From NCBI RefSeq assembly GCF_020745735.1, contig NC_083425.1, forward strand, positions 30,553,575 to 30,617,574: DNA of 64,000 nucleotides. The letters are read 5' to 3'. This stretch comes from Hemiscyllium ocellatum. Taxonomy: Eukaryota. How positions within the stretch are numbered: the first letter of the stretch is position 1; every line of letters begins with the position of its first letter. Shown in pieces: positions 26,051 to 38,422 of the stretch. The position numbers and the translations under genes are program-made. The notes beneath the pieces are model-generated. The model saw only the letters and a list, made by a program, of their open reading frames with translations, was not told the DNA's origin and ran no database searches.

Positions 26051-28219
26051 TGCACATTAACTCTGATTGAGAACCAAACATAATTCAGAAGAAACTACAG
26101 GGATATTGGAATTGTGCAGTTTTAAGAGGTATCAAATACAGACTAATCTCTGACTAGTAATCTTTTGTTGAAAACCCTCCTGTCTTTATTGATTGAGTGA
26201 CAGCTAACCCATACCAGTATTTAGAGGGAAGGTAGATAAATTTTATGTTTCCTCTATATAATCATCATCCTTTTGAGGTCTGATCTCAGCTTTTGCTATA
26301 CAAAGAGCCTCCCAATGAATAACACCCGTTGAAAGACATCCTGGCAATTGTTCTTCTTGCCCTTACCCTTATGTCAGATAGAATAATACTCCAATTAAGA
26401 TAACATTAAGTTTTCATTCAAAGGTTGATGAGCGTTGGATTACCACTGGCTGCCTTTGGATTAGTTTTAAGAACTTGTTATACAAAGGTCACTCAGAATC
26501 AAAAGCATAATTTATGAGCACTAGATCCACTTTTTTAAAAGGTAGTGCTATGCCAATGCAGTAACGATCATGTTGTGCTGATCTTGTGACTTTGCCTCAA
26601 GTTGCTTTCTCAGTGTCTTTCTGCAAACCTCTGAAAATGTTCAGTGTGCCCAAGATTTGCCTAGTTACAGAATGATAGCACAAGTTGCATATATGCAGGT
26701 CATTAATGTAAATTATATTTATGCTGGAGTGACTCAAAATGCAGGATAAACCATTAGCTTTGTGGATTCCAAACCCCTGGGAAATGTGATTCATGTGCTC
26801 CAGTTTTGACCTCCAATGGTGAACACGTTGAAACTGACTTGGCAATACTGCAAAACCGGTCGTAATGAATCGGCAGTCTATTTTTCATCCTGACTGAATT
26901 TGATTTCTATTGAAGTGAATGCTAAAAATAATCCAGGATTGGTTACTGATTCCCCATCACCCATTTGGTACAATCATTGAAGGTGAATTTCACTCTGAGT
27001 AGCCAGCTTATATTGTTTATCTCCATTACCTTACAAGTTAATAAATGAGCAACAATCAAGTTTGTTGAATGGTTCTGACCATAGTAGAAACAATTGAAGA
27101 GATGCATAGACTTGAGAAAACATCCTGAAAAGTGGGTGATAGGCAAAGAATTTCTCCTGGAAAGGTGACTCAAAGTGTTCTAATAGTTCCGAATTCAGGC
27201 TGATTGAGTAATATTTACTGGGCAGATATTCTGAGCTGCCCGGGGGCGGGAGAAATTTTGGCCAATGCACTTGTGGAATCTGACTGCACAACATACCATT
27301 TATCTCTGAGAAGACACCCTGTTCCAGTGGGTAGGTGGTGATGCGTGAACATGGGTGAGATAGTGCATAGTAGGTGAGGAAACTCCTGATTCCTTTGGAT
27401 TGGGTTTCTGATCTTGGGGAGGTGGAGTGGTCAGGTACTTGTCTATTGATGGATGCAGTCAGACCTTTGGGGGTGGTGGCTACTCTGCTCATGCTGAGGG
27501 GGCAGGGGTCATGGCAATCTAGGGAAGGAATCTAATTATTCCTGAGGTGAGTCTTCGATCTCAATCTTGAGCAAAACTGATCACATGGGAAATCTTTGCA
27601 CCCTAGGGTGGCTGACCTTAATTCCAGGGTGAGTCAGAACATGTTCAAGTGCAGGTTTGCAGGGGTGGTATAGTGGTTAAAATTAAGAAGGGAAGCAAGT
27701 AAACTTGGTTGGCTGAGAGGAAGCACTTTGATTTCTCTTGGCTCTTAGGTAGTACTATAAAGCTAACTTTCTCGTGAAACTGCCCTTGCTTTCCACAGGT
27801 TGACAGTTTTGCTAAGGCCCATGAGACCCAGCCAGCCAGGGTTGAATTTGGAAGACAAGTTAAATATCGTACAAGATCTCTCATACTAATATTGAAATGA
27901 CCAAACTATCTCCAGGGAGGAGCATGGTTGTATGTGGGTCTGAAAGCATTGACATTGAGTCGCATTATAAATAGCACACACTCAAAGATTCATATGGATT
28001 TGTAGGCAGAACATTTGGGATCTCAAAGGAGAGAACTAACGTTTGGTCATTTTCAAACTCTTTGCAAGGATGTCTATTACAACAATGTAATGCGTAACAA
28101 GTTACTGACATAATAAACTATATCAGGTTACCGACAAGAGAGTATTCTTCATACTCCTCAGCCACACTAGACCAAGCAAGGAATGTAGTTCTCTGCACTC
28201 AAACAGGATGATGATTACG

Positions 28220-28345
28220 AACAACAAAAACTGAAATTGCTGAAGAAACTCAGCAGGTCCAGCAGTATCTCTGGAGAGGAAACAGAGTTAACATTTTGAG
28301 TCCTGCTGAGTTGCTCCATTAATTTTTGTTTTTGTTTCATATTTC
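28220..28345. mobile_element. Collapsed fold-back of the second PLE-terminus family
   Basis: gaaactcagcaggtcc ... cctgctgagttgctcc are inverted copies; the switch falls at the hammerhead stem II (ttttgagtc). Confidence 0.5.
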
Positions 28346-28442
28346 CATGGTTGTACAATATGGTAAGCTCTGATCTGAATTTGATTTGACTGATTGTACC
28401 ACAATGGTGAGTGGTGGTGTGAAATCTTCATTCAGCTTTAAG

Positions 28443-28572
28443 TTGGCGAAAGTGAGGACTGCAGATGCTGGAGATTAGAGTCGAGAGTGTGGTGCTCTAA
28501 AAGCACAGCAGGTCAGGCAGCATCCGGGAATCAGGAGAATCGGCGTTTCGGGCAAAAGCCCTTAATCAGGAA
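28443..28572 (-). mobile_element. Minimal ~130-nt PLE-terminus element from hammerhead stem I to tail, with TSD
   Basis: Minus strand ttc-CTGATTA-agggcttttgccc-GAAA-cgcc-gatt... Flanks tcagctttaag at 28432-28442 and 28573-28583. Confidence 0.85.
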
Positions 28573-28875
28573 TCAGCTTTAAGGTGCCTCCTCAAATGGT
28601 CGTCAGCAGCAGGGAAGAGGTGAAGATTTAAGAACACTCCAACCCTCTTGTGGCAATCCTCAAAGAAAGAATATTTCAGTGAATGGTAATTCAGACCTGA
28701 CAAGAGATGCGCTGCAACAGGACGGATAGCAACTCCCTGGAGAAAGACAATTAGTGATTTCAAAGCAAATACAGGCTGCATCATGTGGTGATGGTCTATG
28801 GGAACAGGCCTGAGTTCGGATTTAGGAGTGAGTGAACAGATATCAGAGGCTCTGTGAATCAGGTCAGTGAGTCAG

Positions 28876-29200
28876 TCGTTAGCACAATTACCTCACAGCG
28901 CCAGGGACCCAGCTTTGAATACAGCCTCAGGCGACTGTCTGTGTAGAGTATGCACATTCTCCCCATGACTGCATGGGTGCTCTGGTTTCCTACCACAGTC
29001 CAAAGATTTGCAGGTTAGGTGGATTGGCCATGCTAATTTGTCCATAGTGTCCTGGGATGTGTAGATTAGGTGGATTAGCTACTGAAGATGCTGGATTACA
29101 GGGATAGGTTAGGGGATGGATCTGGGTGGGATGCTCTTTGGAGGGTCGGTGTGAACTCGATGGGCTGAATAGCCTGCTTCCACAGTGTAGGATTCTCTGA
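28876..29200 (+). mobile_element. HE1/V-type tRNA SINE
   Basis: cctcacagcgccagggaccc...ccacagtccaaagat...CR1-like tail. Confidence 0.85.
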
Positions 29201-30519
29201 TTCATGTTTAAAATCCCTTTGCAGTCAGGGGAAACTCTAAAATGGTTTCACAATCCATTTTGAAAAAGTGAGAAGTTAAAAAGGTTACTGACAGCTCAGA
29301 TCAATCATGTTGCCAGAATGAGCAGGCAGTATGGAGCATAACTACAGAAATGGAAACAAAATGCCATGAAAGAAATATTCATCCAAGGTTGCAGACTCAG
29401 GGACATTGCAAAGCCACTAATTAAAGTAATAACGTTACGCACATTAAAGTCAAAGCAGGACTGGTCTAACAGGAAGATATTTTGAAAAACTTTATTCACG
29501 TCATGGAAAAGGAGGATGTCTGTCATAGGAGCTGTGACAAAGGTGGGACACATTTATTTAAACTACAAGGAGAGGGACTAATTCAGTAAAATGATAATTA
29601 AAGCAGGAATCATTTATGAAAGCTACACATATAATGAAACACAATAATATATTTTCCTTAAAACTACCGGTAAACATCGAGAAAAAAAGATAATATTTAC
29701 TTCACTGCAACATTTGAGCAAAAGGGACAATACATTTATAAAAATTAGTATTCGTCTTCTGATACCTGGAGTTTTTCTCCATTACTACTTTCCATAAAGA
29801 GATAAATCAGAACGGTAAAATAATTGCCTGCGGGTATATTTCTCCCTGTGGAATTTCTCCTGTTGCAATTCAGTGACAGCATATGTGTAAGACTAAGATA
29901 TGAGCATCTTACCAAACAAAAGTGCTCACATTAAATTCTGCTCAGTGTACCTTTTAATTCAACACCTCAAAATGAAATGGATTTTCACACAGCCACTTAC
30001 TGTGAGTTATCATTGATCTCAATGTAAAATATGCAATCCTATGCGTTCAGCAACAATTTCAAAGCAAAGCATAAACTCAAAGCAATGCTTATCATTGAAA
30101 CTTCCTGTTTTCAAATTACCTGTTAAAGTCAAAAGTTAATGTGAAAACACATTATCTCATTAAATGACTTATCTTAGGTGTCCTGGACAATATTTATCCC
30201 TCAATCAACATCTCTTCCCAAGAATGTAATAGTGGCTGGGTCAATTAATTTATTTAAGGCAAGCTTAGATAGATGCTGCAGTCAAGAGCTATGATGGGCA
30301 GAAGGGAAAGTTGAGTTGAGATCACAAAGCAGTCAGCCATGATCTTATTGAATGACAGAGCAGTCCCAAAGGACAAAATGGCTTACTCCTACTCCTAAGT
30401 CCTAAGTTTCTAGATTTCCAGTCAACTTTGCAGACACTGAAAATTAGCCATGAAAATTGCAGAATCACATTTCCTTCAGGTGTTTTTGAGTTATAGGAAA
30501 AGTAAAATGACTAGATCAC

Positions 30520-31508
30520 TGGTCAAGATGGCAGCACAGTAGAACACTCCAATTGGAGCTACTAAGCTCCTTTGATTTATTTTACATTTTCTTCTCCTTT
30601 TTTTCCCAGGACAGCTCTTTTGGTTGTTTTGCCCTGATGTAGAGTGAGCTGGAAGCTTGGAGCAGAGTAAGCTGGAGAACTTAGCAATATGGGGATAGCC
30701 AGACACTGGAGACCCGGGTGCAGTAGGGATAGCCAGAGACTGGAAACCCGGGATAGCCAGAGACTGGAGAGCCGAGTACAGCAGGAATAGCTAGAGACTG
30801 GAGAGCCAAGTAGAACAGGGATAGCCAGAGACTGGAGACCCAAGTACAGCAGGGATAGCCAAAGACTGGAGACCTGAGTACAGCAGGGATAGCCAGAGAC
30901 TGGAGAGCTGAGTACAGCAGGGGTAGCCAGAGATTGGAGACCCGAGTACAGCAGGGATAGCCAGAGACTGGAGACCCGAGTACAGCAGGGATAGCCAGAG
31001 ACTGGAGAGCTGAGTACAGTAGGGATAGCCAGAGACTGGAGACCCGAGTACAGCAGGGATTGTCAGAGACTGGAGACCCGAGTACAGCAGGGGTAGCCAG
31101 AGATTGGAGACCTGAGTACAGCAGGGATAGCCAGTGACTGGAGATCCAAGTGGTGCGGGAATAGCCAGTGATTGGAGACTGGTGTGGGCAGTCAGTGGCT
31201 TGTGAACCCAGTCAGATGACATGTGGAAGCCCTTGCACTGATCTATTTTCGACCCTTTATAGAAAGACTGTTTTGCTTATCTTCTGAACTATATTTCTCA
31301 TGTTTTCTGACTATACTATGAATAACTTAGTAATGTAAGTTTTTTTCCTTTCTTTTCCTTCATTTCTCTATTTTGTGTCTAAGTTCTGTACCTAGGTACT
31401 TTGTACCTAAGATGGCAACACCTGGAGTGACATGGCAAACTTTTCACTGTATTCCTGTACTTGAGTACATGTGACAATAAAGGATATTCTAATTTCATTT
31501 AATTCAAT
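30520..31508 (+). mobile_element. Putative non-autonomous composite retroelement: AAGATGGC head, 34-bp VNTR, Rex1-like 3' tail
   Basis: Starts ggtcaagatggcagc and ends ttcactgtattc..gagtacatgtgacaataaa..attc; the tail resembles the Rex1 end at 37077-37107. Confidence 0.5.
30650..31180 (+). repeat. Minisatellite, 34-bp unit (gagactggagacccgagtacagcagggatagcca), about 15 copies
   Basis: Period measured directly (agactg at 30761 and 30795); degenerate at both ends. Confidence 0.95.
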
Positions 31509-31518
31509 CTTTCTTTCT

Positions 31519-32010
31519 CACAAGGCTGTATACTCAGCCCCCTATTGTGCTTTGTACACACCCATGACAGTGTGGCAATAATCTAATCCAACTTCATTCA
31601 GAAGTTTGCTGACAACCCCTCTGTCGTAGGTCAGGTTTCAAACAATGACAACATGATGTAAAGGCAACAATCTCTCCATTAACATCAGCAAAATGAAGGA
31701 ACTGGTCATTGACTTCAGGAAGCAGAGTGGAGGTCGTGCCCCTGTCTGCATCAATGGTGCTGAGGTGAAGATACACGATAGCCTCAAGTTCCTGAGAGTG
31801 ATGATCATGAATAATCTGTCCTGGTCCACCCATGTCATCCTGAGGGTCACAAAAGTACAATAATGTCTGTACTTCCTCAGGAGGCTGAGGAAATTCAGCA
31901 TGTCTACAAGGATGTTGAACATTTTTTAATAGATGCACCATAGAAAGCATTCTAAATGAATGCATCACAATGTGGTATACTCTTCCCAAGATTGTGAGAA
32001 ACTCCAGAGT
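31519..32010 (+). mobile_element. Rex1/Babar-type LINE fragment, 5' half (RT C-terminal part)
   Basis: QGCILSPLL...THD, KFAD, KELVIDFRK, LSWSTH, YFLRRLRKF, IESIL in broken frames. Confidence 0.8.
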
Positions 32011-32221
32011 TCAGAAGGATTCTGGGTAGTCCAAGATGGAGGATGGGAAAAATTTCTGGCTGTAAGAGCTGCTCTTTTTTTTGAGGTATTTTAGGGGTGG
32101 GAGGTGATTTCCTCGAATTCCAGGAGCAGCAATTACTGTTTCATATGCTGTTGCATTGTTTTGGAACTTCAGGAAAAAAAAAGTCAACACAACAACAGTT
32201 TTAAATGGGAGAAGAGCAGAC

Positions 32222-32451
32222 NNNNNNNNNNNNNNNNNNNNNNNNNNNNNNNNNNNNNNNNNNNNNNNNNNNNNNNNNNNNNNNNNNNNNNNNNNNNNNN
32301 NNNNNNNNNNNNNNNNNNNNNNNNNNNNNNNNNNNNNNNNNNNNNNNNNNNNNNNNNNNNNNNNNNNNNNNNNNNNNNNNNNNNNNNNNNNNNNNNNNNN
32401 NNNNNNNNNNNNNNNNNNNNNNNNNNNNNNNNNNNNNNNNNNNNNNNNNNN
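32222..32451. other. Assembly gap (230 N) in the CR1 5' UTR
   Basis: Run of N. Confidence 1.
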
Positions 32452-32775
32452 GCTGTTTGAGTTCTAGTATCACTGGACATCGGAGTGCATCTGGGAAAAT
32501 TATCAAACAGTGAAATTCACAACTAATTTTGGAGGAACTGTTGGGCAAAGTTCACAGCACAGAATCAGATAAGTTAATTGTTGTTTTAAGTCTGTCCAAG
32601 AGAAAGGCTGCAATAGTGAGTATAGTGGATTCTTGCTTGATTATATATTTTTGGAGATAAGTCTCTTGATTCAACTTAAAATATAAGCCATAGCTATTAA
32701 TTTAACCTGGGGCAGTGTTTGTAGAGGAATAAGACGGTGTTATTTTCTGGGTCTGTAGATTGTGAAGGAGCAAAA

Positions 32776-33699
32776 ATGGCCTTTAATAGAGTGATATGTA
32801 CTTCTTGTCAGATGTGGGAGTTTAAAGAGAGTTTAAGGGTTACTGCAGATTATATCTGCCATAAATGCTGTTGGATGCGAATCTTATCAGATTGAGTGGA
32901 TCGTTTGGAGAGACAGATAGAAGCGATGAGGAATTTGCAACAGAAACAGTATGTGATGGATGGCAGTTATAGGAAGGGGGGGAAGTCTCAGATGCAGTCA
33001 TATAGTTGGGTTAACTCCAGGAAAGTTAAGAGAGGTAGGCAGCTAGTGCAGGAGTCTTTTGTGGATATACCCATTTCAAACAGATACGCTGTTTTGGGAA
33101 ATGTAGGGGGTGATGGATTCTCAGGGAAATGTAGCACGAACAGCCAAGTTTCTGGTATTGAGACTGGCTCTACTGCAACGAGGGTTACGTCGGCTTCCAA
33201 GAGATCAATTGTGTTAGGGGATTCTGTAGTCAGAGGTACAGACAGTTGTTTCTGTGGCCAGCAGAGAATAAGCAGAATGGTGTGTTGTTTCCCTGATGTC
33301 AGGATCAAGGATGTCTCAAAGAGGAAGCAGAATGTTCTCACGGGGGAGAGGGGCCAGCAGGAGGTCATTGTCCACATTGGAACCAATGACATTGCAAGGG
33401 AAAAGGTTGAGATTCTGAAGGGAGATTATAGAGAGTTAGGCAGAAATTTAAAAAGGGTAGTAATATCTGGATTACTCCCATTGCTACGAGCTAGTGAGGG
33501 CAGGAATAGAAGGATAGAGCAGATGAATACATGGCTGAGGAGCTGGTGTATGGGAGAAGGATTCACATTTTTGGATCATTGGAATCTCTTTTGGGGTAGA
33601 AGTGACCTGTACAAGAAGGACGGATTGCACCTAAATTGAAAGGGGACTAATATACTGGCAGAGAAATTTGCTAGAACTGCTTGGGTGGATTTAAACTAG
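32776..33699 (+). pseudogene. CR1 ORF1: zinc finger plus SGNH/GDSL esterase; two in-frame stops
   Basis: MAFNRVICTSC...YICHKC; VLGDSVVRG, VHIGTND, DGLHLN. TGA at 32893 and 33637. Confidence 0.9.
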
Positions 33700-36606
33700 T
33701 AAGGTGGATGGGGAGGTGGGACCCAGGGAGATACTGAGGAAAGAGATCAATCTGAGACTGGTACAGTTGAGAACAGAAGTGAATCAAACAGTCAGGGCAG
33801 GCAGGGACAAGGTAGGACTAATAAATTAAACTGCATTTATTTCAATGCAAGAGGGCTAACAGGGAAGGAAGATGAATTCAGGGCATGGTTAGGAACATGG
33901 GACTGGGATATAATAGCAATTACAGAAACATGGCTCAGGGATGGTCAGGACTGGCTTAATATTCCAGGATACAAATGCTACAGGAAGGATAGAAAGGGAA
34001 GCAAGAGAGGAGGGGGAGTAGCATTTTTGATAAGGGATAGCACTACAGCTGTGCTGAGGGAGGATATTTCCAGAAATACATCCAGGGAAGTTATTTGGGT
34101 GGAACTGAGAAATAAGAAAGGGATGATCACTTTATTGGGGTTGTATTATAGACCCCCCCCAATAGTCAGAGTGAAATTGAGAAACAAACTTGTAAGGAGA
34201 TCTCAGCTATCTGTAAGAATAATAGGGTAGTTATGATAGGGGATTTTAACTTTCCAAACAATGACTGGGACTGCCATAGTGTTAAAGGTTTAGATGGAGA
34301 GGAAATTCTGAAGTGTGTACAAGACAATTTTCTGATTCAGTATGTGGATGTACCTACTAGAGAAGGTGCAAAACGTGACCTACTCTTGGGAAATAAAGCA
34401 GGGCAGGTGACTGAGGTGTCAGTGGAGAAGCACTTTGGGGCCAGTGACCATAATTCTATTCATTTTAAAATAGTGATGGAAAAGGATAGGCCAGATCTAA
34501 AAGTTGAAGAAAGGCCAACAGTATTAGGCAAGAACTTTTGAAAGCTGATTGGAGGCAGATGTTCACAGGTAAAGGGACGGCTGGAAAATGGGAAGCCTTC
34601 AGGAATGAAATAACAAGAATCCAGAGAAAGTATATTCCTGTCAGGGTGATAGGGAAGGCTGGTAGGTATCGGGAATGCTGGATGACTAAAGAAATTGAGG
34701 GTTTGGTTAAGAAAAAGAAGGAAGCATATGTCAGGTATAGACAGGATAGATCGAGTGAATCCTTAGAGTATAAAGAAAGTAGGAGTATACTTAAGAGGGA
34801 AATCAGGAGGGCAAAACAGGGACATGAGATAGCTTTGGCAAATAGAATTAAAGAGAATCCAAAGGGTTTTTACAAATATATTAAGGACAAAAGGGTAACG
34901 AGGGAGAGAACATGGCCCCTCAAAGATCAGCAAGGCAGCCTTTGTGTGGAGCCACAGAAAATGGGGGAGATACTAAATGAATATTTTGCATCAGTATTTA
35001 CTGTGGAAAAGGATATGGAAGATATGGACTGCAGGGAAATAGATGGTGACATCTTGCAAAATGTCCAGATTATAGAGCAGCAAGTGCTGGATGTCTTGAA
35101 ACAGCTAAAGCTGGATAAATCCCCAAAACCTGATCAGGTGTACCCTAGAACTCTGTGGAAGCTAGAGAAGTGATTGCTGGGCCTCTTGCTGAGATATTTG
35201 TATCATCGATAGTCACAGGTGAGGTGCTGGAAGACTGGAGGTTGGCTAACGTGGTGCCACTGTTTAAGAAGGGCGGTAAAGACAAGCCAGGGAACTATAG
35301 ACTGGTGAGCCTGACCTCGCTGGTGGGCAAGTTGTTGGAGGGAATCCTGAGGGACAGGGTGTACATGTATTTGGAAAGGCAAGGACTGATGAGGGATAGT
35401 CAACATGGCTTTGTGCGTGGGAAATCATGTCTCACAAACTTGATTGAGTTTTTTGAAGAAGTAACAAAGAAGATTGATGAGGGCAGAGTGGTAGATGTGA
35501 TCTATATGGACTTCAGTATGGCGTTCGACAAGGTTCCCCGTGGGAGGCTGATTAGCAAGGTTAGATCTCATGGAATATAGGGAGAACTAGCCATTTGGAT
35601 ACAGAACTGGCTCAAAGATAGAAGACAGAGGGTGGTGGTGGAGGGTTGTTTTTCAGACTGGAGTCCTGTGACCAGTAGAGTGTCACAAGGATCGGTGCTG
35701 TCCCCTCTACTTTTTGTCATTTACATAAATGATTTGGATGCGAGCATAAGAGGTACAGTTAGTAAGTTTACAGATGACACCAAAATTGGAGGTGCAGTGG
35801 ACAGCGAAGAGGGTTACCTCAGATTACAACAGGATCTGGACCAGATGGGCCAATTGGCTGGGAAGTGGCAGATGGAATTTAATTCAGCTAAATGCGAGAT
35901 GCTGCATTTTGGGAAAGCAAATCTTAGCAGGATTTATACACTTAATGGTCAGGTCCTAGGGAATGTTGCTGAACAAAGAGACTTTGGAGTGCAGATTCAT
36001 AGCTCCTTGAAAATGGAGTCACAGGTAGATAGGATAGTGAAGAAGGTGTTTGGTATGCTTTCCTTTATTAGTCAGAGTATTGAGTACAGGAGTTGGGAGG
36101 TCATGTTGTGGCTGTACAGGACATTGGTTAGGCCACTGTTGGAATATTGCGTGCAATTCTGGTGTCCTTCCTATCGGAAAGATGTTATGAAACTTGAAAG
36201 GGTTCAGAAAAGATTTACAAGGATGTTGCCAGGGTTGGAGGATCTGAGCTATAGGGAGAGGCTGAACAGGCTGGGGCTGTTTTCCCTGGAGCGTCGGAGG
36301 CTGAGGGGTGACCTTATAGAGGTTTACAAAATTATGAGGGCCATGGATAGGATAAATAGACAAAGTCTTTTCCCTGGGGTCGGAGAGTCCAGAACTAGAG
36401 GGCATAGGTTTAGGGTGAGAAGGGAAAGATATAAAACAAACCTAAGGGGCAACTTTTTCATGCAGAGGGTGGTACGTGTATGGAATGAGCTGCCAGAGGA
36501 TGTGGTGGAGGCTGGTACAATTGCAACATTTAAGAGGCATTTGGATGGGTATATGAATAGGAAGGGTTTGGAGGGATATGGGCTGGGTGCTGGCAGGTGG
36601 GTCTAG
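33700..36606 (+). pseudogene. CR1 ORF2: APE endonuclease plus reverse transcriptase; frameshifted
   Basis: YFNARGL, ITETW, GDFN, SDH; PGNYR.VSLTS, YMDFS.AFDKVP, QGSVLSPLLF, KFTDD. Several frameshifts and a stop at 35578. Confidence 0.93.
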
Positions 36607-36710
36607 ATTGGTTTGGGATATCTGGTCGGCATGGACGGGTTGGACTGAAGGGTCCGTTTCCATGCTGTACATCTCTATGACTCAATAACTCAATGACTCT
36701 ATGACTCTAT

Positions 36711-37107
36711 ATCGTGAAACATCCCAGTCCATCACACAATCCAGCCTTCCATCCATTAACTCTGTCTACACTTCCCACTGCCTTGGGAAAGCAGCTAACA
36801 TAATCAAACATCCCTCCAACCCCAGTTATACTCCTTTCCACCCTCTTCCATTGGGTAGAAGATATAAAAGTCTGAATACATGTAGAAAGATATTCAAGAA
36901 CAGTTTCTTCCCTGCTGTTATCAGACTTATGAACAGATCTCTCAAATGTTAATAACTGCTCTCTGTCTCTGCACCTTCTCTGCAGCTGTAACACTGTATT
37001 CCGCGTTCTGTTCTGCTACTCTGATGCACTTTGTATGGTACGATCTGCTGGTATAACATGCACAACAACATATCTCGGTACATGTGACAACAATCAAGCA
37101 ATCAATC
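36711..37107 (+). mobile_element. Rex1/Babar-type LINE fragment, 3' half
   Basis: LPSI.SVYTSHCLGKAANII..PS.P...PLP.GRRYKS...FKNSFFPAVIRL; ends catgtgacaa..(caat)n. Continues the sequence broken at 32010. Confidence 0.85.
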
Positions 37108-37149
37108 CTTTTCTTTATCTTCCTTTCTGTATTTAACTTGACATTGAAT

Positions 37150-37300
37150 AACAGATTAGTTCGTCATCATCACATTGCTGTTTGTGGAAGCTTATTGTGC
37201 ACAAATGATTGTTGTGTTTCCTACAACACAGCAGTGACTCCACTTGAAAAGCATATAGTTGGCTGTGAAGCTCTTCAGCATGTCTGGTGGTTGTGAATGT
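37150..37300 (+). mobile_element. Deu-domain SINE 3' part; its preceding segment lies at about 30175-30213
   Basis: 30175-30213 ends ...ggtgtcctggacaatatttatccctcaatcaacatc; 37150 resumes aacagatta..catcacattgctgtttgtgg. Confidence 0.6.
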
Positions 37301-37600
37301 GGGTAGACTGATGCTGCTACCAATCCTCTTTGACTCGGTCTAAGGGCTGATTTGGTTTACAGCAGTAGACGATCAATTATTGTTGAATCTCAACAAGATT
37401 AAACTCTTGTCTTAACAAGATGTGGTTTACAGTATGAGAGCAATTAGATACAAGTTACATTCGTTTGTTAGACATTATTACTGGAGCTACCTATAGATAC
37501 AAGTCTTCTCTCCCTGAGCTCATAATACGTCATGCCTTTTCCCACACAAGCCAGTATGAAATCATGAACCATATCATAGAACGTTCTTTCTCAATGGGGA

Positions 37601-37630
37601 TCTTTCTTCTTTCTTTCTTTCTTTCTTTCT
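37601..37630 (+). repeat. (CTTT)n microsatellite about 25 bp from the exon donor
   Basis: tctttcttctttctttctttctttctttct. Confidence 0.8.
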
Positions 37631-37653
37631 ATTATCCTGAAACATAACCATAC

Positions 37654-37770
37654 CTTGGTTGCTGAAATTGTCCTTACAGCTGATGCCAGTTCCTCTGTAT
37701 TATTGAAATCCACTGTCCATACATGTGGTTTACCAATGAAATACTCAGTGTATGGATGCTGTGAGGAAAC
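37654..37770 (-). CDS. MGAT5B: MGAT5B coding exon (117 bp): VSSQHPYTEYFIGKPHVWTVDFNNTEELASAVRTISATK
   Basis: Hand-translated minus strand. SQHPY..FIGKPHVWTVD motif; acceptor tttgtttcaag, donor AAG|gtatgg; in frame with neighbouring exons. Confidence 0.95.
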
Positions 37771-38422
37771 CTTGAAACAAAGAAAACAATAGATTCAGTA
37801 ATTTGTTTCTCCAAATTTGATGTCAAAATAATGGCAACGCCAATATTGCTTTCTGTTTTTCACTTACAAATGTCACATCAAAATCAGATGAGAGGCAAAT
37901 GTTCTATAAACCGAAAAATCTAAATCGACTGGAGAAGATGTCCCTTTTTGCCATTAACTTTGTGAAAATAGCATACTGCTGTGTGGCTTCCCAATTGAGT
38001 GGTTAGAGTGGCTGAATTTCCTACACCTGCATGGTAGATACATGACTGCGTTGGCTGACACTTTAACTGCAATTTAGGTTGGCAGTCTATAACTGATAAA
38101 GTGCTGCTGAGAAATGAACGATATACATTACATGTCAATGACTTAGATGAAGGGACATTACATTCTGATGAAGTTAAATTTTCTGATGACACAAAGACAG
38201 GTAGAAATGTATGTTGTCAAGGAGAGTTTGCAAAAATAAAGTCACCATAGTCCCAGAGGATTGCTTTCCCATCAGAGTGAGATGACTGATGGTGGTTTAA
38301 CCTGAGGGTCAGCACACCTGTGCTGTTTGACTCTATGACCTCAAATGAGGGGAAAGATTGAGAAGGAAGGCAACCTCATGCTGTTGGCGTTACTCTTCTT
38401 GAAAACCAGCCATTGAGACAAC

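Larger units (their letters stand above)
32011..36710 (+). mobile_element. Near full-length CR1 LINE (about 4.7 kb including a 230-N gap), nested in Rex1
   Basis: 5' UTR, ORF1, ORF2 and a 3' tail of (atgactct)-type repeats at 36674-36710. Confidence 0.95.

Noticed and set aside
26597-26845. EHMNHISQGF resembling the MGAT5B E.NHLYPAF segment
   Set aside because: Chance similarity; the true segment is in exon 12113-12311.
30650-31180. 34-bp repeats as a CRISPR array, or ORFs 30577-31222 as a repeat protein
   Set aside because: The units are contiguous with no unique spacers, no cas genes are present and the context is eukaryotic. The ORFs are by-products of the repeat.
32104-32548. ORFs containing X runs
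   Set aside because: Artefacts of the N gap.
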